NCBI GenBank assembly: GCA_017134395.1
Contig: CP070993.1
Span: forward strand, 87,231 to 151,230
Source: Candidatus Kaiserbacteria bacterium
GTDB taxonomy: Bacteria > Patescibacteriota > Minisyncoccia > Phycocordibacterales > UBA2100
DNA: 64,000 nt
Reading direction: 5' to 3'
Part shown: positions 48,098-57,732 of the stretch, piece after piece
Layout of the letters: each line of letters starts with the position of its first letter
Position numbering within the stretch: position 1 is the first letter of the stretch
Made by a program: the position numbers and the translations under genes
Notes under the pieces: model-generated
Databases searched by the model: none
Told to the model about the DNA's origin: nothing
What the model saw: the letters and a program-made list of their open reading frames with translations, nothing else

Positions 48098-49090
48098 ATG
48101 AATTTTTGGGAAACATTAGAAAAACCGTTTTTTGTCTGCGCGCCGATGGAGGACGTAACTGATGCCGCGTTTCGCTCGGTTATTGCGAAATACAGTAAAG
48201 GCAAAGGAGGTAAATATGTGACCTTTACGGAATTTACTTCTGCAGACGGATTGGTATTTGCGGATGAAAAAGGGCAGGAGAAGCTACGGAAGAAATTTCG
48301 CTTTACCGAAGAAGAGCGACCTATAGTTGCGCAGATATTTAGTGCAACTCCAGAACATATAGAAAAAGCTGCTGCTATTGCGCGCGAGTGTGGGTTCGAT
48401 GGAGTAGACATAAATATGGGGTGCCCAGATAGATCAGTGGAAAAGCAGGGGGCAGGGGCAGCACTGATAAAGAATCCAAAACTCGCCCAAGAACTTATTT
48501 ACGCTGCAAAGAAGGGAGCTGGCGACTTACCAGTGTCGGTTAAAACACGCATTGGCTACAATGAGGTTCAGCTAGAGGAATGGCTCACTACGCTTCTTGA
48601 GACACAGCCAGCTGCCATTACACTTCATGCACGGACACGTAAAGAAATGAGCAAAGTTCCAGCACAGTGGAATCTTATAGCCGATGCTGTCGCTCTTCGT
48701 GATTCTTTCTGTGAGTCTAAAGAGCATAAGACCCTGATTATAGGAAATGGCGATGTTGCAAGCATTGCACATGCGCGAGAGCGTGCTACAGAAAGTGGTG
48801 CAGACGGTGTAATGATTGGGCGTGGAATGTTTGGCAATCCGTGGTGTATGTCTGACCATCAGCCAACACACGAAGAAAAACTCCGCGCACTTATTGAACA
48901 TACTGAGTTATTTGAGAAAGAGTTTAAGGGAGCTAAAAGTTTTGCAACTATGCGCAAGCATTTTTCAAGTTATGTAGAGGGTTTCGAAGGAGCAAAGCAA
49001 CTCCGTATTGCACTTATGGCGTGCGACGATGCTGCACAAGTGCAACAGGTTATTGAGGAACACCTTGCTCAACTTGAAAAGCTGGAGTAG
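48098..49090 (+). CDS. dus: tRNA-dihydrouridine synthase
   Basis: APMEDVTD, DINMGCP, HART, GNGD, MIGRG. Confidence 0.95.
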   Translation: MNFWETLEKPFFVCAPMEDVTDAAFRSVIAKYSKGKGGKYVTFTEFTSADGLVFADEKGQEKLRKKFRFTEEERPIVAQIFSATPEHIEKAAAIARECGFDGVDINMGCPDRSVEKQGAGAALIKNPKLAQELIYAAKKGAGDLPVSVKTRIGYNEVQLEEWLTTLLETQPAAITLHARTRKEMSKVPAQWNLIADAVALRDSFCESKEHKTLIIGNGDVASIAHARERATESGADGVMIGRGMFGNPWCMSDHQPTHEEKLRALIEHTELFEKEFKGAKSFATMRKHFSSYVEGFEGAKQLRIALMACDDAAQVQQVIEEHLAQLEKLE

Positions 49091-49125
49091 TCTGTGGTTT
49101 GGTTCATATTAGAAAGGGGACTAGA

Positions 49126-49347
49126 ATGGGAAAACCATTTAAGGGATGTGGCTATCTCCCAAAAGACGCCGAGAGAGAGTCTGAGGATTGCGCACGTATG
49201 TCTGCGGTTCTACGGAATGAAAAGTGCAGAGGCTGTAAATCGCCATATAAAGTTGATCCTCCTGCTGGTACAGGTCGTACTCCAGGAGAGGTGCCGATTG
49301 TCAGCGCGGCAAAAGAAACTAGCCACACACAGTTTCTCAAAGAATAA
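49126..49347 (+). CDS. Orphan 73-aa Cys-containing protein (SD-led)
   Basis: AAAGGGGA SD; C...C...CxxC; terminator AAGAGGCTGC...GCAGCCTCTT. Confidence 0.55.
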   Translation: MGKPFKGCGYLPKDAERESEDCARMSAVLRNEKCRGCKSPYKVDPPAGTGRTPGEVPIVSAAKETSHTQFLKE

Positions 49348-49463
49348 CATCGCGTTTGCGCGAAAAAAGAGGCTGCTTGTGTATCAAGGCAGCCTCTTCT
49401 TTTTATTTCTATTGCAAAATAAAGAATCAAGAGGTATTTTGTTTAGCAGAAAAGGAGAGCAGC

Positions 49464-49592
49464 ATGAAACTCATCACATCCATTTGGAAATCTTTTCTTG
49501 GACTTCTCCAAACCATTGGAACAGTCAAAATGCGCCAACAAGGCGCCCCTGAAAAATATCTTCTTTCAGAAGAAGATTTAAGAAACAAGTAA
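49464..49592 (+). CDS. 42-aa peptide with amphipathic N-terminal helix (SD-led cassette)
   Basis: TTGCAA-17-TATTTT; AAGGAG SD; terminator GTGCTTGCCG...CGGCAAGCAC. Confidence 0.6.
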   Translation: MKLITSIWKSFLGLLQTIGTVKMRQQGAPEKYLLSEEDLRNK

Positions 49593-49671
49593 TGTTGTAT
49601 ACTGCTTTCTAGAGTGCTTGCCGTTTTTTAGCGGCAAGCACTCTTTTATATTTTTGCTACAATTGCCTACA

Positions 49672-50721
49672 ATGAAGAAAGAGAATCATATTGCACTCTA
49701 TCGAAAGTACAGACCAGAATCGTTTAAAGATGTCATCGGGCAAGATCATGTCGTTGAGGTTCTTAAAAAATCTATTGCTGAAAAGAATATAGCCCACGCA
49801 TATTTGTTTGCAGGTGGGCGAGGAACTGGGAAAACAACCATTGCACGCATTCTGGCAAATGAGATAGGCACGACAAGTAAAGATTTGTACGAGATGGATG
49901 CAGCATCGAATCGTAAGATTGATGACTTTCGTGAACTTAACGAATCGGTACATACCTTACCGTTTGATTCAGAGTATAAGGTATACATTATTGATGAGGT
50001 GCACATGCTTACAAAAGAAGCGTTTAATGCCTTTCTTAAAACACTTGAAGAGCCACCAAAGCATGTTGTATTTATTCTTGCGACAACTGAAATTGATAAA
50101 CTTCCAGACACTATCGTTTCGCGCTGCCAAACATATACATTTAAAAAACCGACACGACCGATTCTTTCAACTGCAATTTTGAATGTTGCCAAAGGCGAGA
50201 AAGTTACTATCGAGAAAGATGCAGCAGAACTCATTGCCATCATTGCTGACGGTTCATTTCGAGATGCCTTAGGGGTACTACAAAAAGTACTTTCGTACTC
50301 AACTGATAAAAAGATAACTCGCAGTGAAGTAGAATCGGTGACTGGTGCACCACGAGCGGAACTCATTCATGAGCTATTGACTGCAATTTCTGAGGGTGTA
50401 TTAGACGATGCACTTGCATCGATACATGGTGCAGTTGAAGTCAATGTTGATTTTGCTACGTTCTTAAAACTCATATTGGACAGAGTGCGTGCAGTAATTC
50501 TGATGCGAAACTCAAAGAAAATGGAGTCGTCACTACAGAATCAATTTAGTGAGGAAGAATTTGAGTTTTTGCAAAAACTTTCTCAAGTTTCTGATACGAA
50601 ACTCAATTCAAAGGCATTAACTGCAATTCTTGGTGCGTATGTCGATACGCCGCATGCATATATCAAGCAGTTGCCACTAGAGCTTGCCCTTATCGAAGCG
50701 ATTGGAAAATCATATGAGTAA
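49672..50721 (+). CDS. dnaX: DNA polymerase III gamma/tau (short)
   Basis: LYRKYRP, GGRGTGKTT, DEVHML, SRC. Confidence 0.96.
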   Translation: MKKENHIALYRKYRPESFKDVIGQDHVVEVLKKSIAEKNIAHAYLFAGGRGTGKTTIARILANEIGTTSKDLYEMDAASNRKIDDFRELNESVHTLPFDSEYKVYIIDEVHMLTKEAFNAFLKTLEEPPKHVVFILATTEIDKLPDTIVSRCQTYTFKKPTRPILSTAILNVAKGEKVTIEKDAAELIAIIADGSFRDALGVLQKVLSYSTDKKITRSEVESVTGAPRAELIHELLTAISEGVLDDALASIHGAVEVNVDFATFLKLILDRVRAVILMRNSKKMESSLQNQFSEEEFEFLQKLSQVSDTKLNSKALTAILGAYVDTPHAYIKQLPLELALIEAIGKSYE

Positions 50722-51379
50722 TCCTAAAAAACATATTTATCTAGTGCGTCATGGGCGCAGTCACGCAAACGAAACAGGTATCCGTGAAGGTGCAGAGTCT
50801 CCATTAACTGAAGATGGCGAAAAACAAGCGGACTTTGTTGCTGCTCGTTTTCGAAGCATCCCTATAGACGTTGTCTTAACAAGCCACTATGTGCGTGCGT
50901 ACGACACAGGAAAAAAAATTGCTGACGCATCCAATGTACCTCTCGAGACAGTATCAATGGCGTATGAGCGTGAGCTCCCCCTGGAAGTTCAAGGAAAACA
51001 TCGTGATGACCCTGCTGTGCGACAAGCAGTTGCACAATTTGAGTACAGTTGGATGCGTGACGCGAATACCGATAATGGTGAGCATTTTGATGATATTAAG
51101 AAGCGAGTGGTAGAACTTACTGAGTTACTAGAAGCGCGACCAGAAGAACATATTGTTGTTACCTCACACGGTTTCTTTTTAAAGTTTTTCATAGCACACC
51201 ATTTACTTGGCGAATATCTTACTCCAGATATTTTTGTAAACCAGCTGATGCATACGATGCGAAGTGCAAATACAGGCATTACGTATTTTACCTTGGGTGG
51301 TAAAAAAGATTGGTCACTATGCTCTTGGAATGACTACGCACACCTAGGAGAAATCGTTCGTGAAAGGTGGTACTCGTAG
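50714..51379 (+). CDS. Histidine phosphatase family protein
   Basis: LVRHG, SHG, WNDYAHL. Confidence 0.9.
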   Translation: MSNPKKHIYLVRHGRSHANETGIREGAESPLTEDGEKQADFVAARFRSIPIDVVLTSHYVRAYDTGKKIADASNVPLETVSMAYERELPLEVQGKHRDDPAVRQAVAQFEYSWMRDANTDNGEHFDDIKKRVVELTELLEARPEEHIVVTSHGFFLKFFIAHHLLGEYLTPDIFVNQLMHTMRSANTGITYFTLGGKKDWSLCSWNDYAHLGEIVRERWYS

Positions 51380-51430
51380 AGGAGATTTGCTAGGATAGTG
51401 CACATTGCACAAAGATAGTGTGATGAATAC

Positions 51431-51501
51431 TACCGGATCGTCTAATGGTAGGACACCTGGTTTTGGTCCAGGCAATCTAGGTTCGAGTCCTAGTCCGGTA
51501 G
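51431..51501 (+). tRNA. tRNA-Gln(TTG)
   Basis: Cloverleaf; anticodon loop TTTTGGT; terminator follows at about 51512-51544. Confidence 0.95.
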
Positions 51502-51670
51502 CACGCTCAAGAAGCCGCGACACGTATAGTGTCGTGGCTTTTTTCGCGCAGTAATTAACTCTAGAGTTAATTCCGTACCTTTTGATACAATTCCAACTAA
51601 CCTAGTATGTTATTTTTGTTAGTCGCAACAATAGTAATTTTTTGTACAACATATTGCGTATTGCATTGTT

Positions 51671-52228
51671 ATGAATAAAACCCTTACACTTGATGGTAAA
51701 GATATCAATTATCAAATAAGAAGAAGTACACGAGCTAAGCACGTTAATTTAACTGTTCATGCTAATGGAGCTGTTGTTGTTGCGCTGCCGCATACTGCGC
51801 TGGAAAGTTTAGCGGAAGCATTTATACGTGAAAAAGCACAGTGGCTAATGAAGCGTCTCAGTTACTTTAAAAAATTTGAAAATACATCACTCGCAGCTCT
51901 CACACGAAAAGATTATCTGAAGAATAAAGAGAGTGCGCGTATTCTTGCACACGAAAGACTTGAACACTTTAACTCTCTCTATAAATTCTCATATAATTCT
52001 GTTTCCATACGTGACCAAAAGAAATGTTGGGGGAGTTGCTCGAATAAAAAGAACTTAAACTTTAATTACAAAATTTTATTTATTTCAGAAGCGCTACGAA
52101 ACTACGTCATTGTGCATGAACTCTGCCACCTACAAGAACTCAATCATTCAAAGAAATTCTGGGATTTAGTAGCTCGTACCATTCCAAACTATAAAGAGTG
52201 CAAGAAAGAGCTGGGGAAGATCCTCTAG
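51671..52228 (+). CDS. YgjP/DUF45 (M48-like) metallo-hydrolase
   Basis: WGSCS, YVIVHELCHL, NHSKKFW. Confidence 0.9.
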   Translation: MNKTLTLDGKDINYQIRRSTRAKHVNLTVHANGAVVVALPHTALESLAEAFIREKAQWLMKRLSYFKKFENTSLAALTRKDYLKNKESARILAHERLEHFNSLYKFSYNSVSIRDQKKCWGSCSNKKNLNFNYKILFISEALRNYVIVHELCHLQELNHSKKFWDLVARTIPNYKECKKELGKIL

Positions 52229-52281
52229 GCCTATAATTGCGACAAATGAGACACATAGAATACTGTGGTAAAATGTATTTC

Positions 52282-53190
52282 ATGAAAAAATCAATCATTA
52301 TCGCACTCATAATTATTATTCTTGGAGGTATTGGATACTTTATTAGTCAAAAGTCTTCAACTGGAGTAACAGAAACTACTGACACAACTGTGGTAGCTGA
52401 TACAAACACTGAAGAAAACACAGGAGTAACAGACATGGTAGAAGACGAAGGCACGACACGCATTGGTGCTTCTGTGGAAGGGGGAGCGATTACAGCGTAT
52501 CACTACGGTACTGGAGATACAGAACTTCTATTCGTCGGTGGAATTCATGGAGGATACTCATGGAACACTGCACTGGTTGCGTACGAAATGATGGATTACT
52601 TAGAGGCAAATCCTTCTACTATTCCAGAGAACGTAAAAGTAACAGTGATTCCTGTACTTAACCCTGACGGGCTCGCCAAGGTTGTTGGTACAGCTGGACG
52701 ATTTACGGAAGCTGATGTGCCAGCCTCTGTTGAAGCAACCATTCCTGGGCGCTTCAACGCACGCGACGTTGACCTCAACCGAAACTTCGACTGTGAGTGG
52801 CAACCATCGAGCAAGTGGCAAAGTACAACCGTTAGTGGAGGTACAGAAACATTCTCTGAACCTGAGACCCAGGCAATTCGTGATTACGTAGGAGTAAATC
52901 AACCTGAAGCGGTTGTTGTTTGGTACAGTGCTGCAGGAGGCGTATTTGCTTCAAGCTGTCGTAACGGAGTATCGGCTGAAACAAACACACTTACAAACCT
53001 TTACGCTGATGCATCTGGTTATCAAGCGTACGAAGAATTTGATTTCTACGAAATAACAGGAGATATGGTGAATTGGCTCGCAAAGAACAATATACCTGCT
53101 ATTAGCGTTCTTCTTTCAGACCATCAAAATACCGAGTGGACAAAGAATCAAAAGGGTATCGAAGCGCTTCTTAACCATTACGCTAACTAA
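52282..53190 (+). CDS. M14 carboxypeptidase homolog, probably inactive
   Basis: NPDG and DLNRNF present, but HGGYS, WYS and SVLL replace zinc/catalytic residues. Confidence 0.85.
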   Translation: MKKSIIIALIIIILGGIGYFISQKSSTGVTETTDTTVVADTNTEENTGVTDMVEDEGTTRIGASVEGGAITAYHYGTGDTELLFVGGIHGGYSWNTALVAYEMMDYLEANPSTIPENVKVTVIPVLNPDGLAKVVGTAGRFTEADVPASVEATIPGRFNARDVDLNRNFDCEWQPSSKWQSTTVSGGTETFSEPETQAIRDYVGVNQPEAVVVWYSAAGGVFASSCRNGVSAETNTLTNLYADASGYQAYEEFDFYEITGDMVNWLAKNNIPAISVLLSDHQNTEWTKNQKGIEALLNHYAN

Positions 53191-53198
53191 TACGATTT

Positions 53199-54077
53199 GT
53201 GCGGTACAAACTTGTTGGTTTCGTTTTATTCCTTCTTGCTGTAGGAGTTCTTGGCTTCTTTCTTTTTCAAAACTCATTGGAAACTGTTGTCGAGCCAGAA
53301 GTGAAAGACACGCTGGGTGTACCAGTTACTATCGGGACTTCAGTTGAAGGACGAGCTATTGACGCATATACCTACGGAGAAGGCGAAACACATCTTTTAT
53401 TTGTTGGTGGTATTCACGGAGGCTATGAGTGGAATAGTGTTTTGCTCGCGTATACGTTTATCGACTATCTCAATGCTAACGCTCATACGGTACCAGAGGA
53501 TATTACGATTAGTGTAATACCTGCGCTCAATCCTGACGGGCTTTTTGATGTTATTGGGAAGGAGGGAAGATTTACACCAAGTGATATCTCCGTCGATACA
53601 ACTAACGGTACTGGACGTTTTAATGCGCAGGGTGTTGATCTCAACCGAAATTTTGACTGTAAGTGGCAGCCAGAAAGTACGTGGCGAAATAAACCGGTGG
53701 GTGCAGGTACAGAACCATTTTCTGAACCCGAAGCTACTGCTATTCGTGATCTCGTGACAAATAGAAAGATAGATGCCGTAGTTTTTTGGCATAGTCAATC
53801 TAACGCAGTCTATGCTTCGGAGTGTGAAGAAGGTGTGCTTCCTGCAACGATTGCCATTATGAATGCATATTCAGATGCAGCAGGGTATAAAGCGATTGAA
53901 TCGTTCGATGCGTATCCCATAACAGGCGATGCTGAAGGCTGGTTGGCTTCTATTGGAGTTCCAGCGATTACTGTAGAACTAAAGACTCACGAAACAATAG
54001 AATGGAAAGAAAATTTAGCTGGCGTCCGTGCACTTTTGAGTTATTTTAGTGAAGTTGAAAATTCGCTCACAAAATAG
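53199..54077 (+). CDS. M14 zinc carboxypeptidase (MpaA-like)
   Basis: HGGYE, NPDG, DLNRNF, FWHS, TVEL. Confidence 0.88.
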   Translation: MRYKLVGFVLFLLAVGVLGFFLFQNSLETVVEPEVKDTLGVPVTIGTSVEGRAIDAYTYGEGETHLLFVGGIHGGYEWNSVLLAYTFIDYLNANAHTVPEDITISVIPALNPDGLFDVIGKEGRFTPSDISVDTTNGTGRFNAQGVDLNRNFDCKWQPESTWRNKPVGAGTEPFSEPEATAIRDLVTNRKIDAVVFWHSQSNAVYASECEEGVLPATIAIMNAYSDAAGYKAIESFDAYPITGDAEGWLASIGVPAITVELKTHETIEWKENLAGVRALLSYFSEVENSLTK

Positions 54078-54106
54078 CTTTACAGAGCCATACTTCTGCT
54101 GAACAC

Positions 54107-54162
54107 CACCACAAGAGTACTTCTATTATTTCTAAATATTGCATACTAAGAAAAATTGGTCG
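54107..54162 (-). mobile_element. 56-nt hairpin mini-element, copy 3, in a degenerate REP-like palindrome (54099-54183)
   Basis: CACCACAAGAGTACTTC...TGGTCG, 56 nt; near-identical to copy 2 with compensatory stem changes. Confidence 0.75.
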
Positions 54163-54230
54163 CTCAGTCGACTGTTGCGTTTGTTTTTGACCCTGCACTT
54201 AAGAGGGAGATAGTTTGGTATACTTTTTGT

Positions 54231-54557
54231 ATGAAATTATCAAAAGAATATATAAACTATCTAAAGGATAATCCAGAGGGCTACTGGTTTAAACGTAAAG
54301 TGTATGGCTGGGGTTGGGTACCGGCAACATGGCAAGGAATACTAACCACTGTTGTGTATATTCTTGCTGTTCTCTTTTTTGCATTTACACTTGACGAAAA
54401 TAGCTCTGGTCGTGAAGTTGTGTTCACCTTTTTGCTCCCCTTTGTTTTTCTTACGATTACTTTTATCCGCGTTGCGTACTTAAAAGGAGAAAAGCCAAAA
54501 TGGCAGTGGGGTATACCTAAGAAAGAAACCCAAGTAGGTAACGATACTAATAATTAA
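54231..54557 (+). CDS. 2-TM Trp-rich membrane protein
   Basis: WFKRKVYGWGWVP...KGEKPKWQWG. Confidence 0.8.
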   Translation: MKLSKEYINYLKDNPEGYWFKRKVYGWGWVPATWQGILTTVVYILAVLFFAFTLDENSSGREVVFTFLLPFVFLTITFIRVAYLKGEKPKWQWGIPKKETQVGNDTNN

Positions 54558-54573
54558 TACTAAGTTTATATAT

Positions 54574-55638
54574 ATGGAGACTCCTAAAAATCGGACAGAA
54601 CATACAGAGGCGCCTGTTGAAGAGAATCCTATTATTCTTGTTGCAGGTTTAAGCGAGAATATCGATATGTATAGTGATGTTGCGCGACTGTTTCCTGATA
54701 AAAGTAAGAAATTTACGTTTCTCAGTACGCATCCTGAAGAAGAGGCAAAACGGCAACAAGAAATTTCTGGAGCAGTTGAGTATGGAGATGCTAGCAAAGA
54801 TAGTTTAGATGACGGAGAGAGTACAAAGAAAAACACACCAATCATGTCAGTGCGCGATGCACAGTATTTTGCTAATCAAGAAAATCCTGAGAACATGACT
54901 GAGTATGAGGACAATGTGCTTGCAGAACGTCACAAGAACTTTGAAAGTCGTGTGCAGCTTGCTGAAAAAGCACTCAGAGAAGCAGTAGAGAATTCAGAGG
55001 GTACTACTAATGAGATCACTATTGTTGGTCACAGTGCAGGCGGTTTTGCTACTTTGGCTGCATTGGCACGAGTTGTGGCATCATCTGAGAAGTCGCTGCC
55101 AAAAATACACGCTGTACTTATTGCTCCAGCCATTCCTGGTGAAGTAAAACAGTGGCTCGCAGTTGAACCAACGTTCATTGGCGTGGTGATGCGTGACTTT
55201 TTCCGCAAGATAGGAAAACTATCTTCTTCATATCTTGTACAACTTTTCTCAAAACGGGACATAACACCTAGTGATGCAGATTTAGCAAAGATTCTCGGAC
55301 CAATGCAAGATGCAGATTTTGAAGACCGAGTACTTAAGGGAGCCGTACCAATTGCAGGTGGCGAGGGGCTTGATCTAATTAACTATACTGAAGCATTTAA
55401 AGACAACGGAACTGCACTAGAGTTTCAAGACTGGCCAAAAAACGTAACTATTGATGTGGTGATTCCTACAAATGATCAATGGGTTAGTGTAAATGGCCAA
55501 AAAAAGTTGGTGACGGATGTGCTTAAGGCAGTTGCAGGTGAAAATGCACAAGGACATCTATTAGAAGGTGAGCCGCATTTGCCACTAGGCGAAAAAGATG
55601 CAGCTGAAAAGGTTGCAGAAATAATTGCACGAGACTAA
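54574..55638 (+). CDS. Alpha/beta hydrolase
   Basis: GHSAGG nucleophile elbow; later D and H candidates. Confidence 0.8.
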   Translation: METPKNRTEHTEAPVEENPIILVAGLSENIDMYSDVARLFPDKSKKFTFLSTHPEEEAKRQQEISGAVEYGDASKDSLDDGESTKKNTPIMSVRDAQYFANQENPENMTEYEDNVLAERHKNFESRVQLAEKALREAVENSEGTTNEITIVGHSAGGFATLAALARVVASSEKSLPKIHAVLIAPAIPGEVKQWLAVEPTFIGVVMRDFFRKIGKLSSSYLVQLFSKRDITPSDADLAKILGPMQDADFEDRVLKGAVPIAGGEGLDLINYTEAFKDNGTALEFQDWPKNVTIDVVIPTNDQWVSVNGQKKLVTDVLKAVAGENAQGHLLEGEPHLPLGEKDAAEKVAEIIARD

Positions 55639-55640
55639 GT

Positions 55641-56117
55641 ATGAAAAAAACTCACATAGGAATACTGTTGATGCTTATTGGCACACTTTTTGCTGTAGGT
55701 TCTGTTATCTATCTTAAATACGGAGTTCAAACTGCAAAAACAGATACCGAAAATCCCAAGCATGCTCTTATAACACTCGATTCGCCAATGCCAAATGCAA
55801 CTATCAGTTCACCTTTAGAAATACGCGGTAAAGCTCGTGGATACTGGTTTTTTGAAGCGTCATTTCCAGCTGTCTTAACCAATTGGGATGGATTGATTAT
55901 CGCAGAAATACCCGTGCAAGCACAGAGTGAATGGATGACAGAAGACCTTGTTTCATTTACTGCCTCTATGGATTTCGAGAGTCCTTATAAAGAAGGGGAT
56001 CCCGATTTCATGAAGCGAGGTACTCTTATATTAGAAAAAGACAATCCTTCAGGACTTCCAGAGCACGATGACGCGTATGAAATAACTGTGTGGTTTGAGG
56101 CAACGGAAGCATTATAG
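55641..56117 (+). CDS. Gmad2 Ig-like domain membrane-anchored protein
   Basis: SPLEIRGKARGYWFFEASFP...DNPSGLP. Confidence 0.8.
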   Translation: MKKTHIGILLMLIGTLFAVGSVIYLKYGVQTAKTDTENPKHALITLDSPMPNATISSPLEIRGKARGYWFFEASFPAVLTNWDGLIIAEIPVQAQSEWMTEDLVSFTASMDFESPYKEGDPDFMKRGTLILEKDNPSGLPEHDDAYEITVWFEATEAL

Positions 56118-56233
56118 GTATTTTCCAGAAATACTGTGCAAATATTGACTTTAGCCTGTATTCATGTTATTATATTAGGCAGGTATCCTGTGGTAATACA
56201 GGATTTTGTTCCTCAAAACAAAGGGAGAAAGCC

Positions 56234-56944
56234 ATGCGAAAGCTTGGAATCTCAATTTTGTCGAGTGCGTTTTTTGCTGTTGTGCTGTCTTTCGGGACGG
56301 CGCAAGCATCAACAAGTTGCAGCGAAGAGCTTTCGGGTTCTGTGACAGCTGGGATCTACAGCTCCTATGCCATTTCGCTGGGAGCTGAGATCGATGATCG
56401 GACTACAACTCAGGAAGCGGTTCTGCTAAACATCCCATGTTCTGACTTCAGCTTGGAGTTGTGGCGTTCGGATGGATGGCATGAAGGTGGGCACGATGAG
56501 ACCGATTTCAGTCTGCTTTATAACGACGGGTTTTTCTTCGGCAAAGCCGCATTCTATGAGATCGACGGTCCGGATGACATCTTCGAGTTTCAGTTGGGTG
56601 TGCAACACGACATCGTTATGTTGGGTGAAGAAATTCAACCTTACAGCGACGTGACTGTGCACAGCAGTCTAACGGGACAAGAAGATGCGCATCTGAAGTT
56701 CGGTGTTCGTTACTCCCGCCCTGTCTTGAAAGATGTTGCTGTATTGCGTTTGGATCTCTCAACTCGTGCTGTCAATTTGATCGGCAGCAGCGATGGGTAT
56801 TCGGTTCAAGCAGCAAATGCTGCACTTGACTTCACGCTCGCAGAAAACACTACGTTAACTGTTGGATCAAAGAACTTCTGGTCACCTCGTCTTGATGACG
56901 GGTACAGACCAGTATTCTTCGGCGCAGTCACCGTAAGCTTCTAA
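56234..56944 (+). CDS. TorF-like outer-membrane beta-barrel (SD-led cassette)
   Basis: Signal peptide ending AQA, amphipathic strands, terminal GAVTVSF; TTGACT-17-TATTAT (56145-56173), AAGGGAG SD, terminator at about 56966-56995. Confidence 0.7.
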   Translation: MRKLGISILSSAFFAVVLSFGTAQASTSCSEELSGSVTAGIYSSYAISLGAEIDDRTTTQEAVLLNIPCSDFSLELWRSDGWHEGGHDETDFSLLYNDGFFFGKAAFYEIDGPDDIFEFQLGVQHDIVMLGEEIQPYSDVTVHSSLTGQEDAHLKFGVRYSRPVLKDVAVLRLDLSTRAVNLIGSSDGYSVQAANAALDFTLAENTTLTVGSKNFWSPRLDDGYRPVFFGAVTVSF

Positions 56945-57067
56945 TAAGAGCTGTCAAAAAAGAAGCCGCCGCGACACCTCGTCGTGGCGGTTTTTCTATT
57001 CTCCTACCTACATATGAGACCTCGGAAACGCTATGGTATACTGTCCCTCTAATTAAATAAAAGACGT

Positions 57068-57712
57068 ATGAAAAGCATTTATTTTATAGTCGCAATCATT
57101 ATCATTTTAGCTCTTGGAGCATTCACTTACTTTATGTCACCAGAAGAAACAAACGAGCCAGTACAAACAAATCAGGAAACAAACGTACAATCAGCAGGAC
57201 AGGCACCAGCAGAAACAATACCATTAGGAGACGAAGTAACTGTTGTTATGGAAACGTCGATGGGAAGTATGACTCTTGAGTTAAACGCAAAAGATGCGCC
57301 AAATACTGTTGCAAACTTTGTAAAGTTGGCACAGGATGGATTTTACGATGGAACAAAATTCCACCGAGTTATCGCAAACTTTATGATTCAAGGGGGCGAC
57401 CCGCTAACTAAGGATGATGCACAAGCAGCACGCTGGGGAACTGGAGGTCCTGGATACACCTTTGCTGACGAAATTCATGCAAACAACAATAACGCAATTG
57501 GAACAATCTCAATGGCAAACGCTGGGCCAGATACAAACGGAAGCCAGTTCTTCATTAATGTCGCGAATAATGATTTTCTCGACGATAAGCATACAGTATT
57601 TGGAATAGTAACTGAAGGAATGGATGTCGTGAACGCGATTGTAGGTACGCCAACACAAGGGCAAGATCGTCCTATTGAAGCTGTTGTCATTAACTCAGTT
57701 TCAGTACGTTAG
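57068..57712 (+). CDS. Cyclophilin-type PPIase, membrane-anchored
   Basis: FHRVIANFMIQGGDP, SMANAG, GSQFFI, HTVFG. Confidence 0.95.
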   Translation: MKSIYFIVAIIIILALGAFTYFMSPEETNEPVQTNQETNVQSAGQAPAETIPLGDEVTVVMETSMGSMTLELNAKDAPNTVANFVKLAQDGFYDGTKFHRVIANFMIQGGDPLTKDDAQAARWGTGGPGYTFADEIHANNNNAIGTISMANAGPDTNGSQFFINVANNDFLDDKHTVFGIVTEGMDVVNAIVGTPTQGQDRPIEAVVINSVSVR

Positions 57713-57732
57713 ACATTCGGCGAGTCATTGCT

